Assembly (NCBI GenBank): GCA_963703225.1
Contig: OY969801.1
Location: forward strand, 576,001-640,000
DNA from: Candidatus Eiseniibacteriota bacterium
GTDB taxonomy: Bacteria; Eisenbacteria; RBG-16-71-46; SZUA-252
Direction: 5' to 3'
DNA length: 64,000 nt
Below are positions 41,083-50,918 of this stretch, in pieces. Positions within the stretch are counted from its first letter, which is position 1, and each line of letters opens with the position of its first letter. Below the pieces are notes generated by a model. That model ran no database searches. It was given only the letters and a program-made list of their open reading frames with translations, and was not told the origin of the DNA. A program made the translations under genes and the position numbers.

Positions 41083-41925
41083 GTGAGCACGCCAGAAACC
41101 GACCACGGACAGCCAGCCACCTACGTGCTGGGCCATTCCGATCGAGAGCTCGAACGCCTCACCACGCAGGCGCGCCTGGTCGACCCGATCACGAGGCACT
41201 TTTTTGTCCAGGCAGGGATCACCTCCGGCATGCGCGTCCTCGACGTGGGCAGCGGCCCGGGCGACGTCGCCTTCCTGGCCGCGGAATTGGTGGGGAAGAC
41301 CGGCGAGATCGTCGGTGCGGACCGGGCGGCGGCCGCTCTCGCGACCGCGCGGGTCCGTGCTGAGTCGCGGTCGCTGCGGCACGTTTCGTTCCGCGAGGGC
41401 GATCCCGCCGAGATGACCTTCGACAAGCCCTTCGACGCGGTGATCGGGCGGTACGTCCTGATGTTCCAGCGGGACCCGAGCGCCATGGTCCGAAAGCTCG
41501 CCGCCCACTTGCGGCCCGGGGGCGTGATCGTCTTTCATGAGCCGGACTGGGATAGCGCCACTTCGTTCCCTCCGGCTCCGACCTACGACCAGTGCTGCCG
41601 GTGGCTCGTGGAAACACTTCGGTGGCACGGCCACGCGACCCAGATGGGGAAGAGGCTCCATGCGACCTACGTGGCGGCCGGGCTCCCGGCTCCCACCATG
41701 GGAGTGGGCGCGATCATCGGCGGAGGAGAGAAGAGCGTCGATGGCCTTCGGATGCTCGCCGATGTCACCGAGACCATGCTGCCCGGGATCGAGCGCGCGG
41801 GAGTCGCGACCGCGGCGGAGGTCGCGATCGAGACCCTCGCGGATCGGATGATCCGGGAAGCCACAGCGAACGAGAGCGTGATCGTCGGACGCATGGAGAT
41901 CGGCGCCTGGGCTCGCATTCCGTGA
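41083..41925 (+). CDS. class I SAM-dependent methyltransferase
   Basis: YVLGHS.RELERL, VLDVGSGPG, FDAVIGR, LRPGG. Confidence 0.9.
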   Translation: MSTPETDHGQPATYVLGHSDRELERLTTQARLVDPITRHFFVQAGITSGMRVLDVGSGPGDVAFLAAELVGKTGEIVGADRAAAALATARVRAESRSLRHVSFREGDPAEMTFDKPFDAVIGRYVLMFQRDPSAMVRKLAAHLRPGGVIVFHEPDWDSATSFPPAPTYDQCCRWLVETLRWHGHATQMGKRLHATYVAAGLPAPTMGVGAIIGGGEKSVDGLRMLADVTETMLPGIERAGVATAAEVAIETLADRMIREATANESVIVGRMEIGAWARIP

Positions 41926-42323
41926 GTGATTTCTGGCAGAAGCGGCTCCTGCTCGTAGCGGCCGCCTGGAACATCCTGGGTGGAGCGAGTGCTCTCGTGG
42001 CACCGACGCGGCACTTCGCGCAGCTCTACGTCGCGTCGCTGTCGCTGGATGATCCGCTGCAGCTGTTTTTCTATCGCTGCACCTGGATCAACGTCATGGC
42101 CTGGGGCGTGGCATACCTCCTCGCAGCCTTTCTGCCGGCTTCGAGGCGGGTGGTCTTCCTGGCGGGCGGCGTCGGGAAGTTCGTCTACTTCCTTGCGTGC
42201 GTCGCCCTTTTCTCCAGCGGCATCGGCCAGGCTGGGCTTCTCGCCGCCGGCGTGGTCGATCTTGCCCTGGCCGCCCTCTTCGCACTCGCCCTTCGGCCGC
42301 CGCGCGTGACACAGACAGCTTGA
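41922..42323 (+). CDS. small membrane protein
   Basis: Four hydrophobic segments; GTG overlaps the upstream stop. Confidence 0.65.
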   Translation: MSDFWQKRLLLVAAAWNILGGASALVAPTRHFAQLYVASLSLDDPLQLFFYRCTWINVMAWGVAYLLAAFLPASRRVVFLAGGVGKFVYFLACVALFSSGIGQAGLLAAGVVDLALAALFALALRPPRVTQTA

Positions 42324-42338
42324 CGGGGGAGAACCTCA

Positions 42339-42734
42339 ATGAGCGACAGGAGCACGGCCAGGTTCGGCCTAGCCCAGATCGGCCAGATCTCCGTACCGGT
42401 GGCCGACATCGACCGAGCGATCGCGTTCTACCGGGATGTCTTGGGAATGCGATTTCTCTTTCAAGCTCCACCAGGTCTGGGTTTCTTCGACTGCGCGGGC
42501 GTTCGATTGATGCTCGATGCTCCGGCCAAATCCCAGGCCGGGAGCCATAGCTCGGTGATTTACTACAAGGTTCCCGATCTCGACGCGGCGTACGCGGCGC
42601 TGCTGGCGCGAGGCGTTCCTTTCGAGACGAAGCCCCACCTCATCGCCAAGCTGCCCGACCACGAGCTGTGGATGGCCTTCTTCCGCGACCCGGACGCAAA
42701 TATTCTCGCGATGATGAGCGAGGTGCGGGGCTAA
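42339..42734 (+). CDS. VOC/glyoxalase family protein
   Basis: IGQI..V.DIDRAIAFYRDVLG, FFRDPDAN. Confidence 0.9.
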   Translation: MSDRSTARFGLAQIGQISVPVADIDRAIAFYRDVLGMRFLFQAPPGLGFFDCAGVRLMLDAPAKSQAGSHSSVIYYKVPDLDAAYAALLARGVPFETKPHLIAKLPDHELWMAFFRDPDANILAMMSEVRG

Positions 42735-42781
42735 TCGGGTCGCCACCTTCGGCCGAGAATTGGGGCGCCTAGGGAACGTGG

Positions 42782-43846
42782 ATGGGTGAGCGGGATCTAG
42801 ACGGCCTGCGCGAGCAGATCAGACAGATCGATCTGGCCATCGTCGCGCGGGCCGCAGAGCGCGTGGAGCTGGTGAGACAGGTGGCGGAGATCAAGCGCCG
42901 CCTGAATCTCCCGACCGTGGACTACGGCCAAGAGCGAGTGGTGCTGGAGCGGGCCCGCGCCGCAGCCAGAGAGGGCGGCCTCGATCCCGCCGTGGCCGAC
43001 GATCTGTTGGCTCGGCTCATCCGCGCCTCGGTGGGAGAGCAGGACAAGGAAAACCTGCGCCACGCGGCCGTGGGCGCCGGCAACCGTGCCGTCGTCGTGG
43101 GTGGGGCCGGCCGCATGGGCCGATGGCTGGGGCGCTTCCTAACGACCCAGAGCTACACCACGTTCGCCCTTGACCCCGCGGGCTCAGCCGATGAGAGCGA
43201 GTCGGCGCTTCGGGCATTGCCATCCGCGGAACTCATCATCTGCTCCACGCCTCCGGCCGCGACCGCCGAGCTGTACGCGGAGTGGTCGCGGAAGCCGCCC
43301 GCCGGAGTGGTCGTCGACATTGCCAGCATCAAGGCGCCGCTCATCAGCGCGATTCGCACGCTCCAGCGCGCCGGCGTCCGTGTCGCCTCGATTCACCCCA
43401 TGTTCGGCCCCACGACAATGCTCCTGCGCGATGCCGATGTCGTGATTTGCGACACGGGCGACCCGGAAGCGACATCGACGGTCGAGAGGCTCTTCCAGCC
43501 GACCACGGCGCATCTTGTGCGGATTCCGCTCGACGACCATGATCGAATCATGGCCGATCTCCTGAGCCTCGCACACGCCACGGCGATCGCGTTCGCCCTC
43601 GCGTTGCCAGAGGCCCAGCACCCGGTCCGGAGCACCACCTTCCAGGCCCTCGAATCGCTCGCCGCCGCTGTCGTGCGCGAAAGTCCGGACGTTTACTACG
43701 AAATCCAGGCCATGAACCCGCATTCGGCGATGGCCGTGGAGCGTCTGCGGGCGGCGCTGAGTCGCGTTGTCGCCGCGGTTACGGCGCGAGACGCGGAAGG
43801 ATTCCGGGCGCTGCTCGAGGAGGGCCAGAGGCGGACGCCTAAGTAG
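42782..43846 (+). CDS. tyrA: bifunctional chorismate mutase/prephenate dehydrogenase
   Basis: LREQIRQID...RVEL (CM); VVGGAGRMG, DIASIK, IHPMFGP, HDRIMA (PDH). Confidence 0.85.
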   Translation: MGERDLDGLREQIRQIDLAIVARAAERVELVRQVAEIKRRLNLPTVDYGQERVVLERARAAAREGGLDPAVADDLLARLIRASVGEQDKENLRHAAVGAGNRAVVVGGAGRMGRWLGRFLTTQSYTTFALDPAGSADESESALRALPSAELIICSTPPAATAELYAEWSRKPPAGVVVDIASIKAPLISAIRTLQRAGVRVASIHPMFGPTTMLLRDADVVICDTGDPEATSTVERLFQPTTAHLVRIPLDDHDRIMADLLSLAHATAIAFALALPEAQHPVRSTTFQALESLAAAVVRESPDVYYEIQAMNPHSAMAVERLRAALSRVVAAVTARDAEGFRALLEEGQRRTPK

Positions 43847-43886
43847 GGAGGGCTTCCGCGCCGTTCGACAGAGGGAGGGCAGTCTG

Positions 43887-44552
43887 ATGTTTGTCGGGCA
43901 TTACGGGGTGAGTTTCGCCGCGAAGAAGTGGGATGCCGCCATACCTCTCTGGGTACTGTTCATCGCGGTTCAATTACTCGATGTCGCCTGGGCACCCTTC
44001 GTGCTGCTTGGCATTGAAAAGGTGCGCATCGTGCCGGGAATCACGGCGTCGAACCCTCTCGACCTCTATTACATGCCCTACACCCACAGCCTCGTCGCCG
44101 CTCTACTCTGGTCTCTTGCGGCCTTCATGGTCTACAAACTGGCCCGGCCTGGTGCGAGCCGGGCGGCCGCACCTATCGTTGGCGCCGCCGTGTTCTCTCA
44201 CTGGGTTCTCGACCTTCTTGTCCATCGGCCCGATCTACCACTCTATGACAACACCGCCAAGGTGGGGTTCGGATTGTGGAATCTCCCCGCGCTGGCTTTC
44301 TCGCTCGAAGCGGTACTGCTGTTCGGCGGAATGTGGCTCTATTTCAAGACTGGCGTCGCGCGGCGGACGCCGACCCTGTTGTTCGGCCTGGTCATGCTCG
44401 CCATCCAAGCGTACGTGTTCTTCGGCCCGCCCCCGGCATCGGACAAGGCGGCCGCGGCGACGGCGCTCGCGGCGTACGCGATTTTCGCGTTCGCCATCTA
44501 CGTACTCGAGCGGTCCCCTGTCAGGGCTGGAGCCCCCTCTGGAGCGCGATAA
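43887..44552 (+). CDS. membrane-bound metal-dependent hydrolase-like protein
   Basis: MFVGHY, PYTHSL, SHWVLDLLVHRPDL. Confidence 0.75.
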   Translation: MFVGHYGVSFAAKKWDAAIPLWVLFIAVQLLDVAWAPFVLLGIEKVRIVPGITASNPLDLYYMPYTHSLVAALLWSLAAFMVYKLARPGASRAAAPIVGAAVFSHWVLDLLVHRPDLPLYDNTAKVGFGLWNLPALAFSLEAVLLFGGMWLYFKTGVARRTPTLLFGLVMLAIQAYVFFGPPPASDKAAAATALAAYAIFAFAIYVLERSPVRAGAPSGAR

Positions 44553-44587
44553 GTGCGAGGGGGCGGACCTGTCGCGATGGCGGAAAC

Positions 44588-44755
44588 GTGAGATCGAAGT
44601 CGCTGATCATGATCTTCATGGTGATCGGATCGACCATCGGGAGCTGGTTGCCGTCCCTGTGGGGTGCGGGTTGGATGTCGGTTGCCTCCGTCCTCCTGGG
44701 TGGAGTCGGCGGCGTGCTCGGCATCTGGGCTGGATATAGACTCTCGCGGCTCTGA
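44588..44755 (+). CDS. small hydrophobic membrane protein
   Basis: 55-aa Gly-rich two-TM ORF (IGSTIGSWLPSLWGAG...GGVLGIWAGY). Confidence 0.55.
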   Translation: MRSKSLIMIFMVIGSTIGSWLPSLWGAGWMSVASVLLGGVGGVLGIWAGYRLSRL

Positions 44756-44797
44756 TGTCGGGATGTTCGTCGCACGTGCTCCCTCGCGCTTCCGGGA

Positions 44798-45136
44798 TCA
44801 CTCCTCGACGTGCTGTTGCAGCCGTCGCAGTACGGCATCCCAACGTTTCGAGATCAGGTCGAGGTATCGGTGAGCCACGTCCAGCTGCTGGGGCTCCAAC
44901 TCCCAGCGGCTTTCGCGGCCTAGGCGGGTGCTGTGCGCCCACCCGGCGTCGGCGAGGACGCGCAGATGCTTCGTAATCGCCTGCCGCGTGAAGTTGGTGC
45001 CCCGAGTTAGTCGTGAGATGGATTGGGGCCCGCCCCGACACAGGCGGGCCACCAGGTGGAGACGCGTCGCGTCCCCCAACGCCGCGAAGATGGGAGCCGA
45101 GCTTTCGAGCCCGGCATGTCCGCGCTCAGGAGTCAC
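44798..45136 (-). CDS. ArsR/SmtB family transcriptional regulator
   Basis: IFAALGDATRL, TRQAITKHLRVL..AG, GRE. Confidence 0.9.
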   Translation of the reverse strand: MTPERGHAGLESSAPIFAALGDATRLHLVARLCRGGPQSISRLTRGTNFTRQAITKHLRVLADAGWAHSTRLGRESRWELEPQQLDVAHRYLDLISKRWDAVLRRLQQHVEE

Positions 45137-45597
45137 GGGTTCTGGCGCAGATAACTCTCGATGGCGGTCATCTGGATGGTCCAGCCACCCTCGTTCCCCT
45201 TCAGGGCTTCCGCCCGGCGAGCGATCGGGATAGCGTCGAAGCCGGACTCTACGACCTTGAGCAGGGTGCCTCCCTCAGCTTCCTCGAGCGTGAACTCCAC
45301 GAGCGTCATCGGCTCCTTCGAGTAGTCCATGTTTGGCTCCACGGCGTTGGGGTGCCAGCGATAAGAGAAGAGCCGCTCCGGCTCCATCTTCTCGATGACG
45401 ATTTCGATCGCCAAGTGCTCGTAGCCGGGATAGGTGATCCGTCCCTTGATCCGGGCGCCGGCCCGGAACGGCTCCGAAAAGGCTGACTGAAACCAAGCGC
45501 CGAACTCCTTCGAGTCGGTGAGGGCGCGCCAGACACGGCTCCGTGGTGCGCGCAGCCGGACTTCCTTCTCGATGCGATCCGTGATGGTCGTGCTCAT
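45133..45597 (-). CDS. SRPBCC/AHSA1 family protein
   Basis: APRSRVWRALTD, LFSYRW, GTLLKVVESGF, GW. Confidence 0.9.
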   Translation of the reverse strand: MSTTITDRIEKEVRLRAPRSRVWRALTDSKEFGAWFQSAFSEPFRAGARIKGRITYPGYEHLAIEIVIEKMEPERLFSYRWHPNAVEPNMDYSKEPMTLVEFTLEEAEGGTLLKVVESGFDAIPIARRAEALKGNEGGWTIQMTAIESYLRQNP

Positions 45598-45628
45598 GGT
45601 TCCCCTCCCTGCGGGCTCCGCACAATGC

Positions 45629-45644
45629 GCAACCCAATGGTTGC
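45629..45644. promoter_or_regulatory. palindromic operator, probably bound by the adjacent ArsR
   Basis: GCAACC-caat-GGTTGC about 30 bp upstream of the SRPBCC-ArsR operon. Confidence 0.6.
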
Positions 45645-46017
45645 ATATTAAGGCCATAACACCCAAGGGTCAATGGGAAAATCCGGGGTGGGAGGGTGCT
45701 CGCGGCCCGCCCCCGGCGGCGCCACGCGCGTTTCCGTCCACTACGAGTATACCGCGCTCGAGCCGTCGGCCAACGCCACGGTCCACGAGATGGCCGAGCA
45801 CGCCCAGCACATGCGCTCGCACTGGAGTCAGGCCATCTCGGCCGCCTTGAACTTGCCGACCCAGGGCTAACATCGCCGGGCACGAGTCGCTCTTCCACCT
45901 CGGCATCGTCAGCGACTTGCTCGGTGGGACCCTATACCCGGCTCGCCCAGCGTGCTCGGGTCAACGTTCGGAAGGGACGAGCGGACACGGGCGTACCGGA
46001 AGTGCGATAGGGGAGCG

Positions 46018-47808
46018 TTAGTTCGCTCCGCCCTCAGCTCCCGGTGTGCTCGCCGCGGCGACATACGCTTCGACCTGCTCCCGCAAAACGGGAAGAGTCA
46101 CGGCGCCGTTCCCGAGGACTGCGTCGTGGAACGCCTTGATGTCGAACCGAGCCCCAAGCCGCGTCTTCGCTTCGTCCCTCAACTTCAAGATCTCCCGCTG
46201 ACCGAGCTTGTACGCGAGTGCCTGGCCGGGCCACGTGAGATACCGATCCACCTCGTTCTCGATGTTGTTCTGGGCTAGAGCGGTGTTCTCCACCATGTAG
46301 TCGATCGCCTGCTGGCGGCTCCAACCCATCGCGTGCATGCCAGTGTCAACGACCAGGCGGCACGACCGCCACGCGTCGAGGGAGAGCATTCCCAGCCGGT
46401 CGACATCGCCGGTGTATAGCCCCATCTCGTCCGCGAGCCGCTCGCTGTAGAGGCCCCAGCCCTCCACGAACGCGGTTACGCCCTCATGCTTCATGAACTC
46501 CGGAACGCCGACCATTTCGTTGGCGACCGCGATCTGGAGGTGATGCCCGGGGATCGACTCGTGAAACGCGAGCGCCTCCGCTTCGTATCGCGGCCGAGTC
46601 TCAGGCATGTACGTATTGATCATGTACTGCCCGGGCCGCGAGCCGTCCGCCGAGGGCGGACGGTAGTAGGCGATCGTCGAATAAGGGGCTTCGTACATCC
46701 CCATGACCTTGACCACGCAACCCGTCTTGGGTTGGACCTTCCCGAACCATCCTGGCACGGCCGCCTTCGCGCGCGCCAGGGTCTCCCGGGCCTTGACCTC
46801 GACCTCCTCCGACGTCTTGAAGTGCATCTCGGGGCTCGTCCGCAGGCGCTTCTGGATCTCGGCCACGTCCGACGTGCCAAACACCTTCTGTCCCATGGCC
46901 GCGAGATCCCGCCGAAACGTCGCCACCTGTTCGAGCCCTATCTTGTGGATTTCCTCGGGGCTCAAGTCCAACGATGTGTATACGCGGATCATCTTCCGGT
47001 AGCAATCCGGCCCTCCGGGGAGGGAGCCGAGTCCCGCTTTCTCGGGAGGCCGCGCGACGGGCAGGATCTGCGCGACCAGAAAATCGTGGTATCGGATCAG
47101 ACCGGGTCGCAGCGAGGCTTGGACGGCGGCTCGGAGGTTCTTCGCGAAGCCCTCGCGGTCCGATGAGCTCCATCCCTTCCGCTCGGCGAGGGCGGGCTTG
47201 AACACCGCGAGGCTCTCAACCTGGGACTTGTTCAGGCGGTCGAGCTGGTCGATCGTCTTCTCCACGGCGCCCCGCGTCGCCGTCCGACCATGGGAGAGGC
47301 CGGACTTGAGATTCGCGACATGATCGTCGAGGTACTGGCCCATTGCGGTCACGCGCTTCACGTAGGCCGCCCCATCGTGCGCGGTGTCGATTTGCGTGTA
47401 GTCCGCCAGGCTCATGAATCGGACCTGCGGCCCACCGAGGGGATCCACCACCCAGTCCACGAAATGGCATGTGAGCTGGTCCAATTGCCTCTGGACCGAA
47501 GAGGTCAACGCTGTGCGTGTGAGCCGGTCCTTCTCCGAGAGGGGGCCAGGAGCGATGGCATTCGCGGCCGCCAGCACTTCCTCGAGGCGCTTCTGCTCCT
47601 TTGCGATTCCCGCCGGCGTGATGTCGTCGAGGCGATCGTCATAACGCTTGTCGCCGAGCTGCGTCGCCCAGGTGGGGCTGGCCTCTAGCTGGCCCTGCCA
47701 GTAACTGTCGCAGAGCTTGGCCAGGACTTCAGACCCGGCGGCGCCCGCTCCAGAAGAGGTCATGATCGCCAGGGATGAAAGCGCAAGCGTGGAGAAGTAA
47801 CGGAGCAT
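46018..47808 (-). CDS. DUF885 family secreted protein
   Basis: Signal peptide; HESIPGHHLQ, EGWGLYSE, RLVVDTGMH, PGQALAYKLG. Confidence 0.92.
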   Translation of the reverse strand: MLRYFSTLALSSLAIMTSSGAGAAGSEVLAKLCDSYWQGQLEASPTWATQLGDKRYDDRLDDITPAGIAKEQKRLEEVLAAANAIAPGPLSEKDRLTRTALTSSVQRQLDQLTCHFVDWVVDPLGGPQVRFMSLADYTQIDTAHDGAAYVKRVTAMGQYLDDHVANLKSGLSHGRTATRGAVEKTIDQLDRLNKSQVESLAVFKPALAERKGWSSSDREGFAKNLRAAVQASLRPGLIRYHDFLVAQILPVARPPEKAGLGSLPGGPDCYRKMIRVYTSLDLSPEEIHKIGLEQVATFRRDLAAMGQKVFGTSDVAEIQKRLRTSPEMHFKTSEEVEVKARETLARAKAAVPGWFGKVQPKTGCVVKVMGMYEAPYSTIAYYRPPSADGSRPGQYMINTYMPETRPRYEAEALAFHESIPGHHLQIAVANEMVGVPEFMKHEGVTAFVEGWGLYSERLADEMGLYTGDVDRLGMLSLDAWRSCRLVVDTGMHAMGWSRQQAIDYMVENTALAQNNIENEVDRYLTWPGQALAYKLGQREILKLRDEAKTRLGARFDIKAFHDAVLGNGAVTLPVLREQVEAYVAAASTPGAEGGAN

Positions 47809-47841
47809 CGCGGGGTGGCCTCCGGTCCGGCGCGGAATGGG

Positions 47842-48196
47842 CTACTTGCTGAAGTTGTGGCCGATCGAGGCTCGGACCGCCCAGTACTCTGCCGACGACG
47901 AGCCGAAATCGTCTTCATCCATCGTAATGTGATTGAACTCCGCCCCGAGGCCCAAGAGAACTTGGGGGCTCGCCTCGTACTCGAAGCCGAGGCCCGCCCG
48001 CGCTCCAAAGCGGGTGCTGAGATCCTGCTCGCCCTTCTGCTTGACCTCCTGGGTGGGGACCGGCCCTCCCGGCCCGCGTGTAGAAGCCGCCCCCCTGCTG
48101 GATCGTCTCCCCCTCGAGGCCGTTGTTGTTCACGCCCCAGGAAACCTCGATCCCGGCCGAGAAGCTCCGGCCGAATGTCGAAACCCGGCGCAGCAT
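47842..48196 (-). pseudogene. frameshifted remnant of an outer-membrane beta-barrel protein
   Basis: GGAGG RBS and ATG at 48196; pieces TRFGARAGLGFEYEASPK and GAEFNHI...YWAVRASIGHNFSK* lie in different frames. Confidence 0.45.
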
Positions 48197-48217
48197 GAGG
48201 TCTCCTCCCTGAATGAA

Positions 48218-48304
48218 TGGTGCGGAAGGGGGGATTTGAACCCCCACAGCGTTGCCGCCACTGGACCCTGAACCCAGCGCGTCTACCAGTTCCGCCACTT
48301 CCGC
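48218..48304 (-). tRNA. tRNA-Leu(CAG)
   Basis: GCGGAAG/CTTCCGC acceptor stem, loop TTCAGGG, long variable arm, GGTTCAAATCC, encoded CCA. Confidence 0.95.
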
Positions 48305-48337
48305 ACCGCGGGCTTCGAATTGTCGCGGGAACACGCT

Positions 48338-48366
48338 AATATAGGGCGCTCGCGGGGAGGTGTCAA
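48338..48366 (-). promoter_or_regulatory. sigma70-like promoter of tRNA-Leu
   Basis: TTGACA-N17-TATATT on the minus strand. Confidence 0.65.
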
Positions 48367-48382
48367 TCTCAGGGAGGGCTCG

Positions 48383-48877
48383 ATGGCGCGGGGCGCGGCG
48401 CAGAAAACCAAGAAAGACGACGATCGCCGCGTCATCTGCACCAACCGCAAGGCCCGGCACGACTACACGATCATCGAGACCTTCGAAGCGGGGATCGAGC
48501 TCAAGGGAAGCGAGGTCAAATCCCTCCGCGCCGCGAAGGCGCAGTTGGTCGACGCCTACGCCTCCATCGACGCCAACCAGCTTTATCTCCGCAACGCCCA
48601 CATCAGCCCGTATGATCCCGCGAGCTATGAAAACCACGAGCCGACCCGCGCCCGCCGCCTCCTCATGCATCGCGCGGAGATCAAGCGTCTACGAGGGCAG
48701 TTGGAGGAGAAGGGACTCACCATGGTGCCGCTGTCCCTCTACTTTCGAGATGGAAAGGTCAAAGTGGAGCTGGCGCTGGTGAAGGGCCGAAAGCACTACG
48801 ACAAGCGGGAACAGATGGAAGAGCGGCGCGCGCGTCGAGAGATCCGCGGCGCGATGCGGGGAGAGCGTCCCGAGTGA
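48383..48877 (+). CDS. smpB: SsrA-binding protein
   Basis: NRKARHDY, EAGIELKGSEVKSLR, LLMHRAEI, DKRE. Confidence 0.97.
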   Translation: MARGAAQKTKKDDDRRVICTNRKARHDYTIIETFEAGIELKGSEVKSLRAAKAQLVDAYASIDANQLYLRNAHISPYDPASYENHEPTRARRLLMHRAEIKRLRGQLEEKGLTMVPLSLYFRDGKVKVELALVKGRKHYDKREQMEERRARREIRGAMRGERPE

Positions 48878-50361
48878 ACGGGCCCGACCGCGCCACCACG
48901 TCGCGACCCAGAGCTCAGCGTGCGTCCCGCGCGTTGGTCCTCTCCGCGGTGGCCGCCGCCTTGATCGTGCTCCCCGCGCTCGCGGCCCCCACCGGCCCCG
49001 CGATCTTCGTCGAATATCCGGATCCCCGACCCGCCGAGCGGATCACCCCGATCGTGATCGACGGCGCGCGCTATGTCTCCACCAACGACATCGCCCGCGT
49101 CTTCAGCGCGACCAAGTACTGGCGGCCCGAGATCAAGAAGCTGAGCCTGCGAATCGGGGACCACACCGTTCGGTTCACGGTCGACGCGCCCATGATCCTC
49201 GTCGACGAAGCGGGAAAGAACTTGGTTGCGCCGGCGCGCCTGATCCAGGGCGACGTCTACGCCTCCGAGTCGATCGTCCACAAGCTGTTTGAATGGCGGA
49301 TCGTCACCGACGCCACCTGGGACGACGCGGCGCGGACGATCCGCTTCCGCGCCCCGGTCCACACGGTGCGCCAGGCGCAGCTCTATACGCGGGGCCGCGT
49401 CACCGAGGTGTCGGCCACGCTCCTCCGCGGCCTTCCTCCACGCGTCATCTACGCGATGCCCTCCGAAGTCCGGATTCTCTTCGAGGGGGGCACCCTCGAC
49501 ACGGCGCGCACCTTCTCCGGCGGCGTGGTGACCGACGGCTCCATCCGCGAGATTCCCGGCGGCGTCGAGCTGCGCCTGCGGCTCAACGGGGAAGCGCGCG
49601 GCTACTCGGTCTCGGTCGGATCGGGACGGCTCAAGGTATCGGTTACCGACGACAAGGACCTCGTGGAGGCGGGGCTTTTCACCGCGCTCGAGCCGGTCCA
49701 GATCGGCGGTCCCGACCGAGATGTGCGGACGATCGTGATCGATCCAGGTCACGGGGGAACCGATCTCGGCGCGACGCTTCCCGGGGGCATGGCCGAAAAG
49801 GACGCCGCGCTCGACATGGCGCGCGCACTTCGAAGCGCACTGGGGCAGCGATTGGGGGCCCGAATACTGCTCACCCGCGAGAGTGACGTCGAGCTTTCCG
49901 CCACCCGCCGCGCGGAGATCGCGAACGAGGCGGGAGCCGACCTTTTCATCAGCATCCATCTTGACTCGGAGGGCTCCGTCCGAGGGGGGGGCTTCCGGAT
50001 CTTCACGCTCCCTCCGACGGCCTCCGGCTCCGAAGGCCAGAACGATGCTCTCCCCGAAGAGGTCGATGGGATTCCGTTCCGACCGTGGCTCGGGGCGCAA
50101 TCCTCGGTTGTCGGGAGCAGCATGGCCATGGCTCAGGCGATCGCCGACTCGCTGCAGCATGCCTTCCGCGAGACGCCCGTGCTCGCGGAGACCGCGCGGA
50201 TGCGCGTGCTGGGCCCACTCACCTGCCCCGCGGTGCTGCTGGAATGCGCACCCGCGCTCCGCGCCGGACCGGAGGCGCTGAGCCGTGGCTATACCATCTA
50301 CGACTACACGCGCACCGTGGCTGAGGCGATCGAGAAGTTCGTGAAGGCGGCCCGCGGATGA
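48874..50361 (+). CDS. N-acetylmuramoyl-L-alanine amidase (Amidase_3)
   Basis: IDPGHGG, EKD, LLTR, ADLFISIH, PAVLLE. Confidence 0.9.
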   Translation: MNGPDRATTSRPRAQRASRALVLSAVAAALIVLPALAAPTGPAIFVEYPDPRPAERITPIVIDGARYVSTNDIARVFSATKYWRPEIKKLSLRIGDHTVRFTVDAPMILVDEAGKNLVAPARLIQGDVYASESIVHKLFEWRIVTDATWDDAARTIRFRAPVHTVRQAQLYTRGRVTEVSATLLRGLPPRVIYAMPSEVRILFEGGTLDTARTFSGGVVTDGSIREIPGGVELRLRLNGEARGYSVSVGSGRLKVSVTDDKDLVEAGLFTALEPVQIGGPDRDVRTIVIDPGHGGTDLGATLPGGMAEKDAALDMARALRSALGQRLGARILLTRESDVELSATRRAEIANEAGADLFISIHLDSEGSVRGGGFRIFTLPPTASGSEGQNDALPEEVDGIPFRPWLGAQSSVVGSSMAMAQAIADSLQHAFRETPVLAETARMRVLGPLTCPAVLLECAPALRAGPEALSRGYTIYDYTRTVAEAIEKFVKAARG

Positions 50362-50918
50362 AGCTCACCACGCTCCACTGGCTCGGTATCGCTACGATCG
50401 CGATCATCGTCGGCGCGATCGCATTTTGGTTTGGCTTCGGTCCCGGGCGTGCGTCCAAGCTCGCCGGCGATCGCCTCACGCCCCTCGCGTCCGAGCTGGA
50501 GGGAATCCGCGGCGTCTACCTCTACTTCAGCGTGCCGGGCACCGATTCGGTCGCCGCGGAGTATCGCGACGTGGTGGTCAAGGATCGCGCGGCCGACCGC
50601 GTCCGCGCGATCTATCGGGAGCTGCTCTCCGGATCGTCGGCCGGGCTGGAGTCGCCCATTCCCGCAGGGGTCGAGCTTCTGAACGCGTACTACACTTCGC
50701 GGGGGATGCTCTACCTCGACTGGAGCAAGGCTATGGTGCAGGAATTTCGCGGAGGAAGCGGTCGGGAGCGGCAAATCCTCTCCTCCATCGTCCTCACGGC
50801 CGCGGACAATCTCCCGGACGTCACGGCGGTCGCGATCTTGGTGGAGGGAAATCCTGTCGAGACGATCGGCGGGCACTACGACGTCATGGCGCCCTTGAGC
50901 GTGTCGGAGTGGCGGTGA
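50358..50918 (+). CDS. GerMN domain protein
   Basis: N-terminal TM, VYLYF, ELLSG, SIVLT, ILVEG..VETIGGH; typical position before murI. Confidence 0.85.
   Translation: MKLTTLHWLGIATIAIIVGAIAFWFGFGPGRASKLAGDRLTPLASELEGIRGVYLYFSVPGTDSVAAEYRDVVVKDRAADRVRAIYRELLSGSSAGLESPIPAGVELLNAYYTSRGMLYLDWSKAMVQEFRGGSGRERQILSSIVLTAADNLPDVTAVAILVEGNPVETIGGHYDVMAPLSVSEWR

Noticed and set aside
48305..48900. tmRNA (ssrA) next to smpB
   Set aside because: No tmRNA-like termini seen; the adjacent RNA gene is tRNA-Leu.
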